A stretch of DNA of 64,000 bases, taken from contig JAHEZE010000004.1 in the NCBI GenBank assembly GCA_023251235.1, positions 654 through 64,653 of the forward strand, given 5' to 3'. The position numbers and the translations under genes are program-made. The notes under the pieces are model-generated. The model ran no database searches, was not told the DNA's origin, and worked only from the letters and a program-made list of their open reading frames with translations. Below, piece after piece: positions 1-7,187 of the stretch (position 1 is the stretch's first letter; the number at the start of each line of letters is the position of its first letter). This DNA is from Sphingobacteriales bacterium. Lineage in GTDB: Bacteria > Bacteroidota > Bacteroidia > Chitinophagales > Chitinophagaceae.

Positions 1-122
1 TTATTATACTCACATTTTAATTTGTTGTGTTTCATTTTTCCTATCCCACTTTTTTCTAATTCCCATTAATGAAATTATTTTAAGAGTCTTCTTAGATGCT
101 TTTGAAAACTTAACTTTATTGA

Positions 123-1517
123 ATGAGTAAAGTTAAGACTGCTTTCTTTTGCCAAAATTGTGGTTATGAAAGTATAAAATGGAATGGCCAATGTCCGTCA
201 TGTGGACAATGGAACACTTTTGTTGAAGAATTGATCCGGAAAGAAAGCAAATCCGATGTGAATGGCTGGCAAGATTATAAAGAAGACAGAAAAATTCATA
301 AAACAATTTCATTGAATGAAATTGTTAGTTCCGAAGAAAACAGGATTATTACAGATGACGAAGAATTAAACAGGGTTCTGGGAGGTGGCATCGTACCGGG
401 CAGTATTGTCCTGGTTGCCGGAGAACCCGGAATCGGGAAATCAACTTTATTTCTTCAGGATGGTCTGCAGTTAAAAAAAAATACAATTCTTTACATCAGT
501 GGTGAAGAAAGTGAACAGCAAATAAAAATGCGGGCTGACAGATTGAATATTCAAAATGAAAATTTTTACCTGTTGACCGAAACATCAACTCAAATCATTT
601 TCCAGGAAATAAAAAAACTAAAACCGGACCTTGTAATAGTTGATTCTATCCAGATATTACAATCTCCCTACATTGACTCATCGCCCGGAAGTGTTTCTCA
701 AATCCGGGAATGTGCTGCCGAGTTCCAGCGATTTGCAAAAGAAACCAACACACCTGTTTTTTTAATTGGCCATATTACCAAAGATGGAAGTATTGCCGGC
801 CCGAAAATCCTGGAACATATGGTTGATACTGTGTTGCAATTCGAAGGAGATCGTCATTATGCATACCGGATTTTGAGAACCCTTAAAAATCGATATGGCA
901 GTACATCTGAGCTGGGTATTTATGAAATGACTGACCAGGGCATGAAAGCTGTTACAAATCCCAGTGAGATTTTAATTACCCAAAAAGAAGATCAACTTAG
1001 CGGGATAGCAATAGCAGCAACGATTGAAGGAATACGACCATTATTAATAGAAGTGCAGGCCTTGGTTACACAATCTGTGTATGGTACCCCGCAACGCACT
1101 GTCAGTGGATTTGATTTAAGGCGGTTACAATTACTTCTTGCTGTTCTGGAAAAAAAAGGTGGATTTCATTTTGGGGTGAAAGATGTTTTCATCAACATTG
1201 CCGGAGGTTTAAAAATTGAAGACCCATCCATTGATCTTGCTGTTTTATGTGCTTTGCTATCATCCTTTGATGATGCTCCTATACCCCATCATATTTGTTT
1301 TGCAGGTGAAGTTGGACTTAGCGGAGAAATAAGAGCCGTAAATAAAATTGATCAACGAATTGCAGAAGCCGAAAAATTAGGATTTGAAAAAATCATTGTT
1401 TCAAAGTACAACCAGAAAGGATTAGGTAAACAAAAATTCAACCTGCCTGACCGGCAGGCAGGCATTGAAATTGTAACGATGGGTCAGGTAGAGGAAGTGT
1501 ACAGATATTTGTTTTAA
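123..1517 (+). CDS. radA: DNA repair protein RadA/Sms
   Basis: 464-aa ORF with an N-terminal zinc finger (CQNCGYES..CPSCGQW), Walker A GEPGIGKST, an LKNRYG motif and a C-terminal Lon-like domain. It carries an in-frame GC-rich palindrome near its 3' end. Confidence 0.95.
   Translation: MSKVKTAFFCQNCGYESIKWNGQCPSCGQWNTFVEELIRKESKSDVNGWQDYKEDRKIHKTISLNEIVSSEENRIITDDEELNRVLGGGIVPGSIVLVAGEPGIGKSTLFLQDGLQLKKNTILYISGEESEQQIKMRADRLNIQNENFYLLTETSTQIIFQEIKKLKPDLVIVDSIQILQSPYIDSSPGSVSQIRECAAEFQRFAKETNTPVFLIGHITKDGSIAGPKILEHMVDTVLQFEGDRHYAYRILRTLKNRYGSTSELGIYEMTDQGMKAVTNPSEILITQKEDQLSGIAIAATIEGIRPLLIEVQALVTQSVYGTPQRTVSGFDLRRLQLLLAVLEKKGGFHFGVKDVFINIAGGLKIEDPSIDLAVLCALLSSFDDAPIPHHICFAGEVGLSGEIRAVNKIDQRIAEAEKLGFEKIIVSKYNQKGLGKQKFNLPDRQAGIEIVTMGQVEEVYRYLF
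1442..1464. repeat. GC-rich palindromic element copy 1 (cctgcctgaccggcaggcaggca), in frame inside radA
   Basis: Read directly. The 8-bp arms CCTGCCTG/CAGGCAGG flank a 5-nt loop. It shares CAGGCAGGCA with three other copies and is translated as LPDRQAG. Confidence 0.85.
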
Positions 1518-1577
1518 ATCCTCTATCCCTAAAGCAATTGAAACCCCAATGATAGACATTCGAAAAAGCTGAAATAA

Positions 1578-2279
1578 ATGATTACAATAAAGGAAATAAA
1601 AGATTCATTTCTCCATTTAGTTTTTCCTCATGTATGTGATGGGTGTGGCAGCGATATAATTAATGAAGAAAGCTGTTTATGTTTTCGTTGTCTTGCGGCT
1701 TTACCGGAAACAAATTTTCACCTTCACAGTGGGAATCCGGTTGAAAAAATTTTCTGGGGAAGAATTCCATTGGTTAGTGCTACCGCTCAATATTATTTTA
1801 CAAAAGAATCGCTGATGCAGCATCTCATGCATCTGTTAAAATACAAAGGCAACAAAGAACTTGGATTCCAGCTGGGCCGGTTGATGGGCATTGCTTTAAA
1901 AGAAACTAACCGGTTTAATACGATTGAGGCGTTGATCCCTCTGCCCCTCTTTCCTTCAAAAGAAAAAAAACGTGGGTATAACCAGGCTACTGTTCTCTGT
2001 GAAGGTATTGCTGAAATATTCCCTTTACCTGTGCTGAAAAATGTGGTTACCCGGCCGCAACATACAGAAACCCAAACTAAAAAAGGAAGGATTGATAGAT
2101 GGAAAAATATTGAAGGCAAGTTTGAATTGATGAATCCTGCCCTGATTAAAAATAAACATGTTTTATTGGTAGATGATGTTGTCACTACCGGAGCCACACT
2201 GGAAGCCTGCGGCCAGGAATTGCTTTCATCTGATAACACAAGGTTAAGTATCGCCACACTTTGTATTGCCTCCCGTTAA
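1578..2279 (+). CDS. ComF family protein (phosphoribosyltransferase domain)
   Basis: 233 aa with N-terminal Cys pairs (CDGCG, CFRC) and a C-terminal PRPP-binding loop VLLVDDVVTTGATL. Confidence 0.85.
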   Translation: MITIKEIKDSFLHLVFPHVCDGCGSDIINEESCLCFRCLAALPETNFHLHSGNPVEKIFWGRIPLVSATAQYYFTKESLMQHLMHLLKYKGNKELGFQLGRLMGIALKETNRFNTIEALIPLPLFPSKEKKRGYNQATVLCEGIAEIFPLPVLKNVVTRPQHTETQTKKGRIDRWKNIEGKFELMNPALIKNKHVLLVDDVVTTGATLEACGQELLSSDNTRLSIATLCIASR

Positions 2280-2390
2280 TGGTTAAGAGTATAAAGAAAA
2301 AAAGATTTTATAATATAGTAGAAGGCAAAACCTGAATTTTCGTTTGTTCTCATTTCCTCCTTTGGCCTCTTAGCTTTATTTTTGGTATCA

Positions 2391-3788
2391 ATGAAAACCC
2401 CCGGAATACTTTCAATATCCATTTTTATTCTTTTTTTTTCTTGCAAAAAAGACAGCTTTATTACCAGTTCAGATGCCCGGGTAACCATTTCTGCAGATAC
2501 ATTAAAATATGATACGGTTTTTACTACAACGGGAACTATCACCCAATCTTTTAAAATAATAAATGAAAATGATCAGAAGCTTCGTTTATCATCTGTAAAG
2601 CTGATGGGCGGGAACAGTTCCTCATTTAAAATAAATGTAGACGGTATAGTCGGTCCGCAGGTATCCAATATTGATATAGAAGCAAAAGACAGTGTTTATG
2701 TTTTTGTCTCGGTTAGTATTAATCAGTCTGCAGCCAACCTTCCATTTATAATCAGGGATAGTATCGGGGTTAGTTATAACGGTAAAGACCGGCTGCTGCA
2801 ACTGGAAGCCTGGGGTCAGAATGCTCATTTTTTCCGCAATAAACATATTTCAGCAAACGAAGTTTGGAATAATGACCTGCCCTATGTTATTCTTGGTTCG
2901 CTGATTGTTGATGCAAATAAAACCCTTACCATAAATAAAGGATGCCGGGTCTTTGTTCATGCTGATGCACCGGTAATCGTTGATGGCACATTACTGATAA
3001 ATGGATTGAAAGATACCATTGACCGTGTAAATTTTCGTGGCGACAGATTAGACGATCCCTACAAGGATTTTCCGGCAGGCTGGCCGGGTATTTATTTCAG
3101 TGAAAATAGTAAGGATAATATTTTTAATTATGCAGTAATAAAAAACGCTTATCAGGCCATTGCTCTTCAGGATCCTTCACCGAATGTCAATCCTAAATTA
3201 GTATTGAATGAATGTATTATTGATAATGCTTATGATGCCGGTATTATTACCATTAACAGCAGCATCAGGGCAAGAAATTGCCTGGTGAGTAATTGTGGCA
3301 AAAACCTGGTTCTTGCCAAAGGCGGCGATTATCAATTTACTCATTGCACCGTTGCAAGTATTTCCAATAGTTATATTTTGCATCGCAATCCTGTTTTATT
3401 TGTAAGCAATTATATTCTTGTAAATAATAGCCCAATTACTGCTAACCTCAATGCTGTATTCAGTAATTGTATTTTCTGGGGTGAAAATGGACTCGTAGAT
3501 AATGAAGTAATAATAGCAAAAAGCGGCAGCACTACTTTTAATGTCAACTTCGATTATAACCTATGGAAAGTTCAAACTCCGCCTGCCAATATCATAGCTA
3601 CCCAGGTAATAAATAACATGGCACCTGAATTTGACAGTATCAATATTTCAAAGCATTATTACAATTTCAGGCTTAAAGATACTTCCCCCGCAATCAATAA
3701 AGGTACCAATGCAGGCATAACTATTGATCTTGATGGTTTAGCAAGACCAGTAGGTCTGCCGGATTTGGGATGTTATGAAAAACATTAA
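2391..3788 (+). CDS. Secreted lipoprotein with parallel beta-helix-like repeats, function unknown
   Basis: ATG at 2391 gives MKTPGILSISIFILFFSC, which has a lipobox. The body is Asn/Gly/Ile-rich and periodic, typical of right-handed beta-helix proteins. The ORF track's 2382 start is a TTG. Confidence 0.5.
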   Translation: MKTPGILSISIFILFFSCKKDSFITSSDARVTISADTLKYDTVFTTTGTITQSFKIINENDQKLRLSSVKLMGGNSSSFKINVDGIVGPQVSNIDIEAKDSVYVFVSVSINQSAANLPFIIRDSIGVSYNGKDRLLQLEAWGQNAHFFRNKHISANEVWNNDLPYVILGSLIVDANKTLTINKGCRVFVHADAPVIVDGTLLINGLKDTIDRVNFRGDRLDDPYKDFPAGWPGIYFSENSKDNIFNYAVIKNAYQAIALQDPSPNVNPKLVLNECIIDNAYDAGIITINSSIRARNCLVSNCGKNLVLAKGGDYQFTHCTVASISNSYILHRNPVLFVSNYILVNNSPITANLNAVFSNCIFWGENGLVDNEVIIAKSGSTTFNVNFDYNLWKVQTPPANIIATQVINNMAPEFDSINISKHYYNFRLKDTSPAINKGTNAGITIDLDGLARPVGLPDLGCYEKH

Positions 3789-3864
3789 GACAACCTTGAC
3801 CAAATTATGACCGATTTAGAAATGAGATTATCTTAACTTCGATGTTCTTCTAAAATATTTTTTT

Positions 3865-4380
3865 ATGAAATCACTTTTTATCACCCTAATTCTTTCAGCC
3901 ACACTTACCGGCTCTATTTATGATTTTAAAGTTCCGGGGTTGGATGGAAATCAAATTGATTTTGCCGGCTACAAAGGCAAAAAAATTATGATTGTCAATA
4001 CGGCGTCATTTTGCGGTAATACACCCCAGTATAAAGACCTCGAAGCATTATATGAAAAATATAAAGACAAGCTGGTCATTATCGGTTTTCCCGCTAATAA
4101 TTTTGGCGCACAGGAGCCGGGTACAAATGGTGAGATTAAAGAATTCTGTACAAAAAACTATGGAGTTACTTTCCCGATGGCTGAAAAAATATCAGTATTG
4201 GGAGATGATACTGCCCCTTTATATAAATACCTGAAGGATGAAGCAGCAAAAAAAGGATTGGCTGATCCTGTAAAATGGAATTTTGGAAAGTTTTTACTGG
4301 ATGAACAAGGCAACCTGATTGCCACTTTCACTCCAAAGACCCAACCGATGAGTGAAGAAATTTTAAAATATCTGAATTAA
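3865..4380 (+). CDS. Glutathione peroxidase family protein (Cys type)
   Basis: 171 aa with a signal peptide and the motifs NTASFCGNTPQY and GFPANNFGAQEPG. Confidence 0.9.
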   Translation: MKSLFITLILSATLTGSIYDFKVPGLDGNQIDFAGYKGKKIMIVNTASFCGNTPQYKDLEALYEKYKDKLVIIGFPANNFGAQEPGTNGEIKEFCTKNYGVTFPMAEKISVLGDDTAPLYKYLKDEAAKKGLADPVKWNFGKFLLDEQGNLIATFTPKTQPMSEEILKYLN

Positions 4381-4405
4381 TATTTAAGGAAAATTAAAAA
4401 TATAG

Positions 4406-4433
4406 CGGTAAGAAAATTCTTACCGTTTTTTTT
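4406..4433 (+). terminator. Rho-independent terminator after the glutathione peroxidase gene
   Basis: An 8-bp perfect stem cggtaaga/tcttaccg with loop aaat, followed by a T8 run. Confidence 0.8.
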
Positions 4434-4461
4434 GTGTCAGGAATATTTACTTTCGCCTTCC

Positions 4462-5676
4462 ATGCAGTTTGAAAAAATCATTGGCCAACAGGAAGTAAAA
4501 AAACAATTGGTTGAACTGGTGCAGCACAACCGGCTGAGCCATGCTTTGCTTTTTTTAAGCAAAGAAGGTGGCGGAGCCTTATCACTGGCATTTGCGCTGG
4601 CACAATATATTACCTGTGAAAAGGCAAACCCCAAAAAACAAACAACAAATTCCACTGCCTCACTTTTTGGTGAAGAAAATCCAAGCTCCAACATTCAACA
4701 TTCAACATTTAACAATGACGCCTGTGGTACCTGCCCTTCCTGTACCAAAGCAAACCAACTCATTCATCCCGATATTCATTTCAGTTATCCGGTAGTTACA
4801 AAAAAATCCGGCACGCCCCCATTGAGTACAGATTATATAAGTGAGTGGAGAGAGTTTGTAAAAACATCTCCTTACGCAAATGTTTATGACTGGCTACAGT
4901 TCATCGGTGCGGAAAACAAACAGGGAAATATTACGGCGAATGAATGCAATGACATCATCCACAAACTGAGCCTGAAAAGTTTTGAAAGTGAATACAAGGT
5001 TCTCATCATGTGGATGCCCGAATACCTGGGCAATGAAGGAAATAAATTGCTTAAACTGATTGAAGAGCCACCACCCAATACTTTATTTATATTGGTTGCC
5101 GAAAATGAATCATTGTTGTTGCCCACAATACTCAGCCGCTGTCAATTGATAAAAATTCCTGCCCTTGAAACAGCAGACATTGAAAATGAATTGATAGGAA
5201 AACATAATGCTGCAGCTGCAAAAGCAAGACAAATTGCTGCCACCAGCGAGGGCAATTTCCGCGAAGCATTGCAGCTTTTGGAAAATGCGGAAGAAGATTG
5301 GCAGAGCCTGCTGCGGGAATGGTTGAACTCAATAATTAAAACAGGTCCCATAGCACAAACCAAGTGGGTGGAAGAAACAAGCCGGTTGGGGCGGGAAAAG
5401 CAAAAGCAGTTTCTTCGTTACTTTAATCACTTACTGGAGCAATCAATCCGTTCAAAAATTATGGGCAGTGCCAACCTGCTTCCGGATAATGAAAAAGATT
5501 TTGCAGCCAGGCTGAACAAGCTTGCAGACATTAGTCAGCAGCAGGCAATTATAGAAGAACTGGACAAAGCCACTTATTATATTGAACGCAATGCCAACTC
5601 CAAAATCCTCTTTCATGCCCTTACCATAAAGCTTTATCATATCATTCAGGACAAAATTGTATTTTTGACAACTTGA
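4462..5676 (+). CDS. holB: DNA polymerase III delta-prime subunit
   Basis: ATG at 4462 gives MQFEKIIGQQ. It has an AAA+ clamp-loader fold with a CxxC zinc module (ACGTCPSC), LLKLIEEPP and SRC motifs. A heptamer array lies just upstream of the zinc module. Confidence 0.85.
   Translation: MQFEKIIGQQEVKKQLVELVQHNRLSHALLFLSKEGGGALSLAFALAQYITCEKANPKKQTTNSTASLFGEENPSSNIQHSTFNNDACGTCPSCTKANQLIHPDIHFSYPVVTKKSGTPPLSTDYISEWREFVKTSPYANVYDWLQFIGAENKQGNITANECNDIIHKLSLKSFESEYKVLIMWMPEYLGNEGNKLLKLIEEPPPNTLFILVAENESLLLPTILSRCQLIKIPALETADIENELIGKHNAAAAKARQIAATSEGNFREALQLLENAEEDWQSLLREWLNSIIKTGPIAQTKWVEETSRLGREKQKQFLRYFNHLLEQSIRSKIMGSANLLPDNEKDFAARLNKLADISQQQAIIEELDKATYYIERNANSKILFHALTIKLYHIIQDKIVFLTT
4689..4716 (+). 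repeat. Heptamer tandem array (CAACATT x3 plus TAACAAT) inside holB
   Basis: Read directly: caacatt caacatt caacatt taacaat. It is translated in frame as SNIQHSTFNN. Confidence 0.8.
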
Positions 5677-5688
5677 TAAGTGAGTGGG

Positions 5689-5717
5689 GATTCGTGAATG
5701 GTAAAGTAATGTGAGAG
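5689..5717 (-). repeat. Short degenerate array of the ATTCACS family (reverse orientation) just after the holB stop
   Basis: The sequence gattcgtgaatggtaaagtaatgtgagag has a reverse complement containing ccattcacgaatc, identical to the end of the mutL array at 11419-11435. Confidence 0.5.
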
Positions 5718-5799
5718 ATAATTATTGAGTCATCGTCCGTCTATATATCAAACTTTAGTTGCGTCGCACACTTCGGCACCTGTAATGCTGCTAAGCAAA

Positions 5800-5845
5800 A
5801 TGCTGAATAGCGAAAAAAACGTACAAGGGTGTGACACAACAGAAG
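5800..5845 (+). repeat. 48-nt conserved element, copy C
   Basis: atgctgaatagcgaaaaaaacgtacaagggtgtgacacaacagaag aligns along its length with copies at 40282-40328 and 52236-52283. Confidence 0.8.
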
Positions 5846-5887
5846 CAAAATAGAATTATTACTGCCGGCTTCATAATTATCCCTCCT

Positions 5888-5922
5888 CAATTATTAATTC
5901 TTAATTACTAATTTTTAATTAT
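5888..5922 (+). repeat. Heptamer tandem array (TAATTNN x5) abutting the PSP1 gene start codon
   Basis: caattat taattct taattac taatttt taattat, then ctc ATG at 5926. Confidence 0.8.
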
Positions 5923-5925
5923 CTC

Positions 5926-7170
5926 ATGGGTTGCGGCAATTGCGGTACGGATAAACCAAACGGATGTAAAAGCAACGGCGGGTGCAGCACCGGCGGATGC
6001 AACCGTATGAATGCCCATGACTGGCTGGTCAATCTTCCCGTAGCTTTTGCGGCGGATGAATGTAAAGTGATTGAAGTTAGTTTTAATCATGGCAGCCGTA
6101 AAGATTATTTCCGTAATACTACTTTGCAGCATTTAGAAAAGGGTGATCTGATTTGCCTGGAAGGAGTAAGTGGTTTTGATTTGGGTGAAGTTTCACTTAC
6201 TGGTGAAATTGTTCGCATGCAAATGAAAAAAAAGAGCATTAAAGAAGATAATGCGGAAATGAAAAAAGTGTTGCGGCTGGCCAATGATCGTGATATTGAT
6301 ACCTGGCGGCATAGTAAGAGTAGAGAAAAAGATGCGATTATTCGCAGCCGTGCCATTACAAAGCAACTGAAACTGGCGATGAAGATTAGTGAAGTGGAGA
6401 TACAGGCCGATAGCCGGAAGGCAACATTCTTTTATATTGCCGAAGGTCGTGTGGATTTTCGTGAGCTGATAAAAGTATTGGCCGGTGAATTTAAAGTGAA
6501 AGTGGAAATGCGCCAGATCGGCGCCAGGCAAGAGAGTGCAAAAGTGGGTGGTGTTGGCAGTTGCGGCCGCGAATTATGTTGCAGTACATGGCTTACTGAA
6601 TTTAAATCAGTAAATACTGCCGCCGCCCGTTATCAGAATCTTTCTATTAATCAAACAAAACTAAGTGGCCAGTGCGGACGATTGAAATGCTGTTTGAATT
6701 ATGAACTGGATACTTACTTAGATGCATTACAACACTTCCCTGATAATTGCGATACTATCCAGGTGGTAAAAGGAAATGCATACCTGGTTAAAAAAGATAT
6801 TTTCAAAAACCTGATGTGGTACACCCTGCCCGACAGCAATAAGCAATACCCACTGTCTATTGAAAGAGTGAAAAAAATAAAAAGCCTTAATGTACAGGGA
6901 GTAATTCCTGAAGAACTGGAAGCAGTTGATCTTACTACTTCAAAAAACAAGGAAGCGGAAACGGCGTTTGTAGAACTGGTTGGCCAAATAAGCTTAAATA
7001 CGTTAGAAAAGGCAGATAAAAAGAAAAGACAACAGCAACAGCAAAGACAAAGACCTTCACAACAAAAAGGTCAGCAGCAAAATCCCAATCGCCAGCAGGG
7101 CAACCAGCAAAGAGAGCAGAATCCAAGGCGACCTAATCAACAACGACCCAATCAACAAGGGAAGAAATAA
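5926..7170 (+). CDS. PSP1 domain protein (RicT/YaaT-like)
   Basis: 414 aa with a Cys-rich N-terminus (GCGNCGTDKPNGCKSNGGCSTGGC), a PSP1 core (GSCGRELCCSTWL..GQCGRLKCCLNYE) and a Q/N/R/P-rich tail. Its position after holB matches the Bacillus holB-yaaT order. Confidence 0.8.
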   Translation: MGCGNCGTDKPNGCKSNGGCSTGGCNRMNAHDWLVNLPVAFAADECKVIEVSFNHGSRKDYFRNTTLQHLEKGDLICLEGVSGFDLGEVSLTGEIVRMQMKKKSIKEDNAEMKKVLRLANDRDIDTWRHSKSREKDAIIRSRAITKQLKLAMKISEVEIQADSRKATFFYIAEGRVDFRELIKVLAGEFKVKVEMRQIGARQESAKVGGVGSCGRELCCSTWLTEFKSVNTAAARYQNLSINQTKLSGQCGRLKCCLNYELDTYLDALQHFPDNCDTIQVVKGNAYLVKKDIFKNLMWYTLPDSNKQYPLSIERVKKIKSLNVQGVIPEELEAVDLTTSKNKEAETAFVELVGQISLNTLEKADKKKRQQQQQRQRPSQQKGQQQNPNRQQGNQQREQNPRRPNQQRPNQQGKK

Positions 7171-7187
7171 AGAATTAGAAATTTGTT

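Noticed and set aside
1-35. Possible minus-strand gene start (ATG at 35..33, MKHNKLKCEYN...) running off the left edge
   Set aside because: Only 11 codons are visible and I recognise no motif, so the call cannot be supported from this window.
1793-2257. 154-aa antisense ORF inside the ComF-family gene
   Set aside because: Same reasoning: the opposite-strand gene has clear PRTase motifs, and the antisense product has no recognisable features.
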